The notes below the pieces were generated by a model that worked only from the letters and a program-made list of their open reading frames with translations, did no database searches and was not told the DNA's origin. Shown here piece after piece: positions 1 through 12,071 of a stretch of DNA of 64,000 nucleotides. Each line of letters begins with the position of its first letter. Position 1 is the first letter of the stretch. Origin of the DNA: Amphiscolops sp. MND2022 (lineage: Eukaryota); NCBI GenBank assembly GCA_964187785.1, contig OZ076409.1:29948001-30012000 (forward strand), in the 5' to 3' direction. A program made the position numbers and the translations under genes.

Positions 1-800
1 TGGATGCCGATATCGTCGACGTACTGGGCACACTGGTCCGCTTTGATAACTTTATCAAGGTATTCTCGCATGAAACCGGAAAATGCGGACAGAGCCCGAC
101 TGAGGCCTTGTGCTAAACGTCTGTACGCAAAAATGCAACTTGCAAAGTTGAAGGCTAACATTTCAATAGATCGTTGGTCAACCATCTGGAAGCAATGGTA
201 TGCCTCTGAGCAGTCTAATTTGCAAAAAAGACTTTTGCCTGCCATATGTTGGGCGGCATCAACTAGGGTACTGACGGGATGATTATTGTTTATATAGTCA
301 TCGGGAATTAGGTTGTTGATTTTTCTCAAGTCAACCAGGAGTCGGAGTTTTCCATTCGGTTTCTTTTGCGCAAATATCGGGCTGGCGTTTTTCGAAAATG
401 GTAGGGTAGTGATAATTCCATATCTATGCAACATGGCCAGTTCGACATGGATGTCTTCCTATAAGTTTATTGGTGCTGGGAGACTCTGACTATAGGCTGG
501 GGAGTCGTCCTTAGGTGTCAATTTCACCTTGAATTCTTCATTCATGCCTATATCAAATCTGTGTCTGGCGAAAATATGGAATTCCACTAGTAGTTCTTCA
601 ATCTTTGCTTTTTCGTCGGTAGTCAAAGTGGAATCTTTCCAATCGATATCTTCTAGGAATTTCGCACTGGATTCCTCAACTTTGGTAGGGTCTAGAGTCT
701 CCAGGTCCTGTAGGGCCTGTAGTTACCGTCGTATTCGTTTCTGGGTTGGTGTGTGCTCCTCCGGGTTACCTGGGTGTTCCGGAGTTGGGAATTAAAAATT
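1..800 (-). pseudogene. pol: Gypsy reverse transcriptase (N-terminal half), disrupted
   Basis: Manual minus-strand translation gives ASPIFAQKKPNGKLRLLVDLRKINN...KLDCSEAYH...QGLSRALSAF...CAQYVDDIGI, with YVDD at about 12-23. Confidence 0.92.
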
Positions 801-1027
801 TTCTGTATTCTGTGAATTTTTATTGGTCTTGATGAGACTGCTGACATAATGGGTTTCCTGCTTTTGGTCGTTTCTTAAGAGATGTCAGGTCAATGCCGGG
901 TCAACCGTTTTGACGTACTTCATTTGTTCTGGCGTCATGACAGAGAAACTGGCACAATGGAGTCCTTTCTTGAGTTTATCGGGGTGATCTGTGAAGTTGT
1001 TCACAGGAATCGATATATTGTCATCGT

Positions 1028-1620
1028 TCAGAGTGACCAAAGCTGGGCAAAAGGTAGTGTCGCCTTCTTCATGTAGAAGGTCGCTTGGTTGCAGTATGTC
1101 AGTGCAAAGTTCTCAGGGTAGAGTAAGGAATTTGTCTTGATTAGGACTGTGTCATTTGGTGGAATGGTGATGTCAGTCGGGTTGAGGATTGGTTCTAGTA
1201 CGTTGGAGTACTTGTGGTCAGCTGTTTTGAGCTGCATCGAAAAAAAAAACACGAAATTGAGGATTCCTTGTCTCATGTCCAGAACTGTATGATTTCTCTG
1301 AAGGAACATTAGTCCAATAATTGGTACTGTCAAATGCTCCATTACGATAAAAATTTCATGGAACTCAATATCACCAACTTCAAATTTGAGCTCTATAGTA
1401 CCCTTGGAGGTCTCTAGTTGCCCATTTGCAACCATGATTTGAAAATTGGGAGGCGGACAACAGATAACGGATAACAGATTGTGGAGATAAGAGTAGGATT
1501 TTTTAGAGGTCCATTTCTGGAATTGCAATGGATAGTGCCCCAGTGTCAATTAGTTCATCTATGGTCAGTTCCTCAAAATCCATTTGGAAATAGAGCATGC
1601 GTTTTTTGCATTTAAAATTA
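1028..1620 (-). pseudogene. pol: Retropepsin-like aspartic protease region of Gypsy pol
   Basis: A LIDTGA motif lies near 1540-1555 (frameshifted). The ORF contains FQIMVANG...PIIGLMFL. Confidence 0.8.
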
Positions 1621-2230
1621 TTGTTGGTTGACAGGGGTATACAGTCTGGCTCACCTTCTTTGGTGATGAGTACATTCTGGAACTGTTTTTCATCTAGTAG
1701 CGATTGTTGAATTGATTCGGCAAAATTTTCAGTATTCTCGGTGCCCGAGGGGTTGGGAACACCGGATGGTTCGTACCATCATTCATTTGCCAATTTTCGA
1801 TTAGCGCTCTCGTTTTCTTGTTATGGGTGATTGGAGGATTCTCGTGGACTGTCTTGTTGTAATGCTCGATGTCGTCTATGACATATTGAAACTGCAATAG
1901 ATCCTGGTTGTACATCTCAGTATCCCAATAGGGATCTCTTTCAAAGTCTGAGGCGATGTATGTCGGATTGTAGTCATCTATCAAGGGAATGGGCCTGAAT
2001 CGGGTAATAAAGGTAGCTGTATAATCAGGATCCCAAACAGGAATTTGGTTTTGGAACAAATGTGTATTATTATAGGTAATAATGATAGCTTTTCCCATCT
2101 TCTGCTGCCAGACAACAGAAAATCAATTGCTGTTTGTAATTATGGAAAGTTTGTGTTGGAGGGTCCGATCTGATGTATTTTCGGACAGAGACTACTTGGT
2201 CGTATTAGAGTTGTGGCGAAGCTAGTTTTT

Positions 2231-3944
2231 TTAATCGTCTTTTTTGGATGAAGACTGAGAATGGGACGATGTTGGGCTATTGTGGGGTTTTGGAGCTTTT
2301 GAATCGGTATCGTTATCAGACGAATCCTCAGGTCTGGTGCGCTTAGGTTTGAGATGCGCGCCGGCTCCTTGCCAACACCGTTCCTCTGGGTGATTGGTTT
2401 TGCCACAAGTCCCGCATTTGGGGTATGATTTCTTCTGATTAGTTTTGCCTTGTTGGGCATCTTTCTTCTTCTTCTTTTTGAGTTTTTCACAGTCCTTGAC
2501 CATATGGCCCTTTTCCTTGCAATAGTTGCAGGTTATTTCGGACATTTGCGCAGTGGAGAGGGGGGTTTCCGGCTTAAATGATGATGAAGAGGTCATCGTT
2601 ACCATGGGCAGGTCATTTGAATCCTCAAGGGCATTAAGCTCTAGTTCTCTCTCTAAATGAGCAACTATCTCGTCATATGAGCTATTTTCTAATCTGGCCA
2701 TGTTGACTGATCGTTTCAGTTTCGGCGGCAGTTTTGCGTATAGGAGACTGTCAATCATCTTTCGGGCGTTGTCTCCTAACGCCTTTTCTGCGCCTGATTC
2801 AGCTCTTCAAGGAAATCTGGTAGCCTGTCGTATTTGGATCCAATACCAGACCGTGCCATTTGTGTTGGGCAGTTGCCTGCGATTCGGGTTTGACGTAGTT
2901 CCGTCTGAATATGACTAATACGTCCTTGAGAGTTTTTCGGTTAGCTGTGCTAATAATGCGGAATGTTTGCAGAGCATTCTTTCTCAACATCAAATGAAAA
3001 TTGTTAATTTTCATTTGCTCAGACATCTCAGGCTGCATCTTAATCATCGTTTGGGATAGATCTTCAAACAGCTCCAACTTCTCACTTTTGCCATCGAAGG
3101 TCATAGTGTTTGAGTTGACTGGGCGAATAGTAAGCTGTTGGGCTGTTGGACGATACTGCATGCTTGTCAAGACATCAGCTAGCCTGTTGATGGGGTCTTG
3201 TTCCGAGGCCGGAACGGTCCTTTCTTGTGCTGGGATCGTCGTGTCAAGATTGAGATCATCGTAAAATCGGTTGAGATGATTCCTCGATAGCATTCGTCCC
3301 GTGAGAAAATCAGGAACTTGGCTTGGAGATTCGTTTTCTCCTGTCACAATGTCGTAAGCACGCCGATTAGGTTGACTACCATATTGGTAATCAAGACGTT
3401 GCTCACATCTAGTATTTTTCTTAGTGTTCTCACCATAAGTTTCTTCGGGATTAATTTCCGGTCCCTCAGACGGAACATTGTACCTATTTTGTGTCAAATG
3501 GCCCGATCCGGCAATCAGGGCAGTTTGGATTTGAGGCAATATCTGATTACTTATTGCGTCTCTGATAGCCTTTTGGATATGGGTACTAACACTTCCCATC
3601 ATCTTGTCTAGTTCTCTTGATAACCTTGAGTTCAATTCGCTAGACAGTCTATTTATCTCAGCACTGGAATTCCTACTTGCGGAATTTTGCCCATAATCTG
3701 CACTAGCACCTAAGTTACGGTTTGAACACATTTCCCCATTGTCATTTACGAAAATATTGCTAACAGCACTTTCAGGCCTTCCGGCTAAGTTACTGTTTAG
3801 GCTTTCTTCTCTATCTAAATCACTAAAATGATTTACCCCAAGCATCACGTCGAGATTCTCAATGTCCGAAAGCATCTCAAGTCCTCTAGACTTTCTAGCT
3901 TTCTTCTGTTTTCTAGTAGTAGGCATTGAAGAGAATCCAAGCAA
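2231..3944 (-). pseudogene. gag: Gypsy gag split by a frameshift, with two CCHC zinc knuckles
   Basis: ORFs 2799..3944 and 2231..2758. Knuckles are CNYCKEKGHMVKDC and CGTCGKTNHPEERC, and a TFDGKSEK capsid-like motif is present. Confidence 0.85.
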
Positions 3945-6689
3945 AGGAGTGTATTGTCTTCATTGGAAAACGGTATTTTTTTAGGTGTACTTCTAATGAA
4001 TATTTTAACAAACTGAACAGTAGATAGCAAAACTCAGAATTAATTCCTCTCAGGAAAACACCGGTATTTATACCCCTGAGAAGGCGATAATCACATTTTT
4101 TACATATTACGCGGGTAACTAACATACCTAAAGGCATAATATTACACATTCTCTTTAAGTCACACATTCCTTGGGAATCACAACATCAACATTACACTGA
4201 ACATCAAAGTATTGGCTGCAACTTCAAACAGATTAATCGACATCAACAAATCTACCTATTTCAAAAATAAAAACAAATATTTCATACTGCGAGAGGAATG
4301 CAACATTGGCACGTGTCCCCACGTGCCCCTTATTAAATCGAGCTAAGCCCAAAACGAATGGTAATTTGCATGCGTCTTTATAGGGCCCCAGTTCATCCGA
4401 CTAGGTTTAATACTGCGCTGGACAAAATAGATTAGTACAAAGCATCTTAGCATAGATAATACAGCATTCTGTACAGTTGAGCCCGAATAGGCCAATTACC
4501 TCAATGTCAAGTAAGCATCATCAAAGGCAGGTCAATTGTCCTTAATTGTCTCAAAGTATCAAATCCAAGACAATGAAAATTAACCTTTAATTAGAGTGGC
4601 TACATAGAACTAGGACATTAGTTTTAATCAATCAAATAAATAACTGGTCTTAAAGCACTGAATACATGAAGTGGCCAGAATCGGCCGTTTGACTAAATTA
4701 CTAGCTACGCGCCGTGTGATTGTGTCAAAGGGCCTTTTTATGTCATTATTTAACTATGTTCCAAGGCAACAAACACTGCACTCTGATTGGCTAAGGCTAC
4801 GCGCTGAGGTGACGCTTCCGGAACAGTGCGTCTCATCACTTGAACTCGTTTCCTTTACTGCCGTATAGTTGTATTTGCTACGTCGCATTGATTTATACAC
4901 AGCATCTTATAACTAAACTTCAATAATTTGATTTGGCTCATCGAACAGTACTTTTAACAGACTAATAATAATAACCGTACATAAAACAAAACTTGATAAT
5001 ATAAAAAGCAAGAGTTTATCCTTCATGGTAGTTTTAAAATATAGGTAAAGAGCCGGGTACGGCTTCTTGCCCGGTAGTCGTAGTTGTAATCCTAGTGCCA
5101 TCACAGGCGGCAGCCTGGGACAGGCTTTATCAATAGTCACCATTATGCTATTCAATACTCAAAATCATTTGGCTTGAAACGATTTGGAGAGGAAATAAAG
5201 TCATTTGGCGAGGAATACCGCCAGAGACAGTTGACAAAACAATTTCAGTTCGTTATTGCTCTGGAATCCAATTGTATCGTCTTTATTTTCATAGTTATTC
5301 TATTTCTTAGTTTTTTGTGGATTTTGTCCCTATTGAATCCGTGAAATTAGATTTTTTCCATATGTTTTTTTCAGGAAACGCTGATGATGGTTCAACTTGG
5401 ACTGAAAACGTTTCAAAAGATATAGTTCTCAGCATTGATTTCATGTTTTTACCAGCTCTCCTTGTTTTTTCTCTCAGTTGGGCCTGAGTGTCTGCGACTA
5501 GCTGAAATCTAAACTTGGTTTTACTTTTATTTGGAAATCAGACTTTTGTTCATAAATGTAATTGCAAAGAAGCGAATGGGGAAACGGTGTCAATGCTGTG
5601 TTCTAAACCGCGTTCAAAAAATATGCGTGTTTATGAACATTTCGTGTGCGATGAAGTCCACAACACCTGTATGTTGTGTCTGCTAAGTTTGTATGAAGAT
5701 CAAATAAGAAATGTGAAAATCTGGGGACATCTGGGTTTGCTTCGTCTCCATCTCTGGTCACAGCGTTTTCTCTTGTAACCTATGATTGTTGCTTGCAATG
5801 TTTCAAACCTCTTGAACAGCACTTTAAATAGTTCATCAATGGCAACTTTCATCGTTTCTGGAGTTTCGATGTGACGTCTTTTACCTTTGAATGTTAAGAT
5901 TTTTCAGGTTCTGTATCACATTGAAGCTGCAGCATGTTCTAAGGAGTCAGTTACAAGAGACAAAAGGTCGGGAATGTCACAAGTAGGCGCTCGTTAAGGT
6001 TCCCAAAAAGCAAGTTTTTTGAATAGTGACACTGTTGTGAGAATGTTAGTAAAACTACAGTGCTGTAAAACACCCAAAGGGACAACCCATTAGAATAAAA
6101 AACGCTTCTTCCCAACTGCAAATATCAAAAACAAGAATTTTTCAAACCAATTTCTGTAATTTCTTTCGTCGGAAAAAATCTTACAGTGCTGGAAAGGGCG
6201 TTTTCAGCTCGCCAAAGGCTTGTTAAGGCAGAAAACAAAACTGGAAGGGCTACCATTTGACCAGTTAAAAAGTCCTATACAAAGTGGCACTGTGCTGAAA
6301 AACGCATGTCGTTTCCACAATTAGTGACAACTCCATTTCCACACTTCTCATCAGTCCCAATGAACCAAAAACGGATCAAAAAGGTTAGGACTCCAAAAAG
6401 TGTTAGTCTTTCAGAAAACCTCAAAAAACCAAAATTTGGACAAAAAATATTCGGCTACAAAAATTTTCCACCAGGTTTTTTTCTGCTGAAAATCAAGAAG
6501 GGCACTCTCGCCCCCCTCCCGCCCTACGCCAAGTGGCAATTAGAAGTTCCAAGTTACTAAGCAACAACTACAGGAATTGATATAAATCTGTAAGGTCGCT
6601 GATCTTTAAAAAAATTGGATATGGCGCAATAATTTCGAACATCCGCTTCCTCCTTAGTACAAGGCAATCATAGGAAAACATCTACAAAT

Positions 6690-7312
6690 GGAAAACTGGA
6701 AAGGTTTTGAAAAAAAACCATAGAAGACAAGATGGTCTAATATAATGCAGCATCTAAGATCACAACATGGACAAGATCACAAAATAGACGGTGCCAAGAG
6801 CCTGTTAAATGTCTTGATTTGCAAAACGTCTGAAATAATTTTCAAATGGTGGATTTTATGGTCGCATTAATCTCTGTAACATTTGCATTGCAGAAACGAG
6901 ACCTGGATATTGCACCTGGAACGTTTCTACTTTCTGAAGGTCCCCTAAATTGGCGAAAGTTCGATGTTTCTTCGTGACTCATCAATCATAAAGTTCAAAG
7001 ATTTCGAAAACGGCATTGCAAAGATTTGTAACCGGGAAGAAAGCTCGATGACTGTTCAAGATCAAATTTCAGGTGAAAACCTAAAGAAAGATGACGTACA
7101 ACCAATTGGTGTTTAGCAAACTGGCAGTTTTGGTAATTCAAATTTGATGAAGCGCAGGATAAAAGAGAAGTGCCAAATTCATTAATTGCAGCACTTTGAT
7201 GCAAACATCGAACAGTTTTGAGAATTTTTTCAGCGATGCGGATGACGAATTGCGACAAACCTAGCTTCTGATGACATTGGAGTAGCACCTTTTCCTCAAA
7301 TTCGAAAAATAT
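6690..7312 (+). pseudogene. hAT-family transposase C-terminal relic
   Basis: Manual translation shows KTRWSN at 6724, DFENGIAKI, TSNSFENFFS at 7205 (hAT dimerisation-like TSxxxERxFS) and LFLK. It has several stops and is cut off at 7313. Confidence 0.6.
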
Positions 7313-9033
7313 TGTGATACCAAGTGTCGCAGCCCCCGCAGAGCTGTGAAATACTAAACGAAGCGAGAACGCCTAACGGAGAAGGCGGAGAAACTGACCA
7401 GAAGGAAACTCAGGAAACGAAAAAACCAACAAACAAATATTGTAATACTAATCCTTATGGAATTTTTTTATGACTGATGAAGAACTCAGCGCAGTACTCA
7501 AAAATACATAAGTATGTAAATAACGTCAAGTACAGTGTATATTTGTAGTCAAACAGCCAGCGTGTTGACTGACTTTAATTCAGCTAGCACGTTGATTGGA
7601 GTGCAGTTTAGACGAGAACGGTGAATACAAACGCGCAGTAATGGCCAAAGTAATTGACCAATCAGCGTTAAGCGGTAATATGATAATTAAGATGAGTAGC
7701 AGTCCTAAACAGCTTACCAAACGATAGAAGCTGGGACAACCGCCTGCTCGACTACTACAATATTCAATTGTGCTAATGAAACGAGGAAATTTAACATCAC
7801 AAACTCAAAAATCCCTGTCCAAAAGAGGTTTAATGAAAGGCTTATGAGGCATGTAAACAACTGATGATGCTATTCTGATGCAATTTTGAATCTTTTTACC
7901 TTTGAGATCTGAGACAACAGCTGGGACAACCCACCAAAAAATTCACGTAAATATTAACGGTGAATGTATTAATGTATTGTCACATACTATTAAACATAAT
8001 AACCGAGTACGGTCGCGCTGTACTATGCTGTAATTACATTGATTTAGCCTATTTAATGTACCAAAGTAACTATCCACTATCTATGAGTACTGATTCGACC
8101 ACTGGGACAACTTGCATGTGAATGTCGAAACGTACTATTTTCATTCAAATTAAAGTTGAGTTGCTTGCCTATTCCTCATGCAGAAATTAGTGCTAATATG
8201 ATATATAACCATGGTTGCTTATTTTGTTATTGTTTAAATCATTCAGAAAACTTGTTGCTTCTAACGATTTAGGTCATCACTCTGGGCAACTGTTCGGATA
8301 CCCCAATCCGAGTAAGTTGTCCGGAGTTTTGCCCGTGTGTTTATTGTCCAATTTTGCCTAAAATACCAGTTACACTGTTTGTTGTCCAGTTTGAGTGCTT
8401 TAAAAGCCCAAATTTAGTTTTGAGTGCAGTTTGATTTCAGTCTGATCAAAAGATAAGCATTTTTTTCGAGGTATATTTCATTTGCTTCTCCCACTTCAGT
8501 CGCTAGTTTCATGAATTTAAGTGCCAACGTTGGTTCGGCGTCTCAAACTGGCGGGGAATTAAGGAGATAAGGACGCGGAATTGGGACTCGGCAGGTAGTT
8601 GATTCCCATTTTTCCTTGAAGTGAGATGACTCCAATCGTCTGGTCCCGAGGAAGCCTACATTACTTGGAATTCCCCACCTCGGAAAGGACTCTGAACTGA
8701 ACAAGATGTGAATTCACGCGCGAGAATAATCCCGCGTGTCTAGCGTAAAGTATAACTGCCTGGAGCAGACCCGGGCAATCATAATTTTGCATCTCAACAT
8801 GAACCTACATTTCACTTTGTGTATCATTTTCACATTTCACAGTCTTGAATTTTCAATCTGCAAGTGATTTCGCTTTGATAGATGCCTTGACATTGTCATT
8901 TTGCCTCTACTAACAATAGTTCTACCCTCTGTACAATTTGAACGAAGTTCGGTAACAGACTGAAGTATTTCCAACGGTTTCAAAGAAATCACCATAATCA
9001 CTTGTTGTCAAGCCAACGTTTTCCACCGTTATC

Positions 9034-10200
9034 ATGCCAGAGGAAACCCAAAAAGGGAGTTGCGAAGAGATCCGTCAAGTGATCATGAAGTATTTGAAAC
9101 ATCTAACTCAATTGTTGACTACAACCCTTGTCTGATTGATAGAAACTTCGAGAACATCACGAACAAGTTGGACTTTAGGATGTCTAAGAAGTTGAAAGAT
9201 ACAGAACATAGTCACAGAGAAAATCTGCGTTTAATTGAGAACTTATCCTCTAAGGTCGACAGCCTGTCAAACGTCTCGCTTGAACAAGGAAGCTCTAACT
9301 CTAGGATCGGTACTCAAGAAGACTCTACCAACTCATTGATTAGTGAAAACGACATTTTGAACGCGGCCAGTAACACCGGCCACAACATGGTGACAGGAGT
9401 CTTTAATGACCCCACATCTACTCCTCACACATCAAGCCTGCTGCCTTCAAAACAGAGAGACTAAGATGAAATTATCGAGAAACTACTCGAATCCCTATCT
9501 GCTGCTAGTAGACAGAACAACTATCTCCCGCGCTTGCCAAAAGCACTTTCTACAACGTTGCCGTTGCCTACGTTTGACGGCAAGACAGAGAACTTCGAGC
9601 ATTTTGAAGACTTGTTCCAAACCAGCCTAAAAGTTCACCCGAAGATTACCGAGGAAGAATAAGTCCACTACTTCCACTCCCTCTTGACGGGAGACTCACT
9701 TCAAACTTTCCGCTAAATGACGGACTCCAAGAAAACCAACCTGTAAAACGTCTTTGCAGGATTTGGCAGAAGAAAGGTCAAAATCCAATCAATGGCAACA
9801 GCGCGCTGCAAATGAGGAAGTTTAACCTTTCACCCAACAAATCAAACTTTCTAAGACTTCCTTGAAACGTACCGGAAATTGGAACGGGACGCTTACGCAG
9901 ACGATGCCCCGCGATTCATAGAAACATCGTTCTGTGCCAAATTTACCAACCACTTAAAACGAAACCTCAACCAAGCCAAATTGGAGACAGCCGCAAACGA
10001 AGCATTGGTCCAGCATCCCGAAAGAGAATTAGAATTGAATGGACTCGCAGCCCCGGACATAACTTCATTCGCAGCCCCGGACATAGCAACAAAAACGTCG
10101 CATCACCAAACGAAGCAAGAGACGCCGACTGGCTTCAAAGAAACCAACAGCTCAATGAAATCGCTATCACAAGCCCGAACACTAATGAACATTGCGACCA
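9034..10200 (+). pseudogene. gag: Gypsy gag, many stops and frameshifts
   Basis: PTFDGKTENFEHFEDLF and LVQHPERELELNGL match element A gag (TFDGKSEK, IVAHLERELELNAL). Confidence 0.8.
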
Positions 10201-10375
10201 AATTTTTTCGAAAATCACCCTTAACGAGACAAGAAAAATGCTTTTCACCCCAATTGAATTTCACTAGTTTGTCAATTGATGCACTCCATGTTTCAAGAGG
10301 ATTCGATAAGTTCCTCTCCGTGAGTGAGTTTTACAGGATCAAATCTATTTGCCCCGAAAACATAATCAATGAGGT

Positions 10376-12071
10376 CATTACGAGACACATCTCGGTAAAA
10401 TGGATTTCAGTCACACAGCGTAATCTAGTCAAGTTAGTCAAGACGATTTATGCCTGGACGGTTCAGCTGTGTTATCGGGCGTAATGGAAAATAGTGTAAA
10501 CTAGTCAAGGCACGTAGTTAGTGAAAAGTGGAATTAGTCCAAAATTACACGTAATTACACCAAAATTTTCGTAATTTAGTCGAAACTTTGACTAACTTCC
10601 ACTTATTGCGAGTATAGCGATCTGCAAGTTGCAAAAAGTGGAATGTGGTCAAAGTTTGACTAATGTAAACCATGTTTATATGCATTCAAAACTCAGTGTT
10701 CCTTTTTATTTCCAATTCATACCGCCACATCGTGAAACAGTCAAAATAAATAATAATTCAACAAAAAAATTAGTTATCATTACTAAGCTGTACCGTGCAT
10801 AGTACGTATAATTTGCATTCATTGCAAGTTGCACACATGTACACGTGTATTTCATCCACGCATTTTACGTGCAAAAAATACCTTGAAGCAACGAATTAGT
10901 ACTATTATAACTTTTGGTTGATCTGGCACTGGGTTTCCTTTTTTAATAAAATGTAATTCATCAGCCCTCATCAACTGTGGCTCAACTCATTTTAACTTTC
11001 GTCCCTGTTGTGATGATTGGTTAACGAATTGATCAAATTAGTTATTCTGGTCGGGCATTTTAAGCCAGGGTTTTTACAAGGATTAATTTTGATCCCTGTC
11101 GAAAGCAACATCGAGAAAAGTTGTAACAAATAGTGTAAACGATGTGAAACTTATCAAATCGAGAACAATAGTTTATGGAATACCAATCATGAATCATTGA
11201 ACCAAAATCGAAGTTTGGACCATGTGCCTTGTCCCCCCTTAGATAAACACTCTTTCTTAATAATTGTTAGTTGTTAATATATTGTTGTTAAAACAAATAT
11301 TTTTTAAAACTAATAGTTGTTAGTTCTTAGTAACAACTAACACCCTTTTATGTCGACAAATTGGTCTTTGTCGTTTGTTTCTCAACCAAACGACTATACG
11401 AAGTTTCAGTATTCCCTATTATTTCTTCCATGCTGGTTTCTTTTTCCTTCAACTCGCCATTATGTCGATATAATGGTATTTATACATTGTCTCCCCACGA
11501 GACTGACAAAAATCATTTTAATAATTATTTATGAAACATGGAACTGATTACAAATTCTTACAGTAACAGTGAAAAATACGTATGCACGTATAATCTGAAT
11601 GGGCGATTGAGGGGTCATCAATATAATGAACTTGGTATTTTTGGTCTCTGTCGTGAGCATTTCCATTAGCACTGCCAGTGTCTATTAACTAGTACTACTT
11701 GTAAAAGTACTACTAATGTAAGAACATTGACTGATTGATACTGTGTATGCGAATCAAGCAGTGTAGTTATGAGTCGGCCTGTGTAACTCACAAGAACAAC
11801 CCGTGATTACCAGAGCTTTGTGTAATAATGAGATTCACAGTGTAGGTAGTCAAATTTCGTAGAAACAATGATTGGTATAAACTAGCCAATTACTGTAATT
11901 TCCGATGGTGTAAACTAGTCAATTTAATAAAGCTGTGTCAACTAGTGTAAGGATTTATCAATGCCTGTAATGTGTGACAAGTGTAAAACTTTCAAAAAAT
12001 TGCGCTCTGATTGGACAAAAATCGAACTAGCAAGATCCTGCTAGTTCGTTACCGGGATATGTTTCGTAAGG
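10376..12071. mobile_element. Non-autonomous CACTA/CMC-like DNA transposon inserted into the Gypsy protease
   Basis: Imperfect ~23-bp TIRs (CATTACGAGACACATCTCGGTAA / TTACCGGGATATGTTTCGTAAGG) and many subterminal (C)TAGTCAA repeats. Removing it rejoins ...PENIINE to MEPPRFKLQVANG, with a degenerate 2-bp TSD (gt/at). Confidence 0.7.

Larger units (their letters stand above)
1..4901 (-). mobile_element. Degenerate Ty3/Gypsy LTR retrotransposon (element A), truncated by the window edge
   Basis: Minus-strand order is gag (CCHC knuckles), aspartic protease, then RT. The 5' boundary at 4901 (minus strand starts TGTG) is only putative because no second LTR is visible. Confidence 0.9.

Noticed and set aside
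5374..5416. Possible minimal hammerhead ribozyme (CTGATGA...GAAA)
   Set aside because: Stem II is weak, there is no convincing stem III or cleavage triplet, no second copy and no Penelope context.
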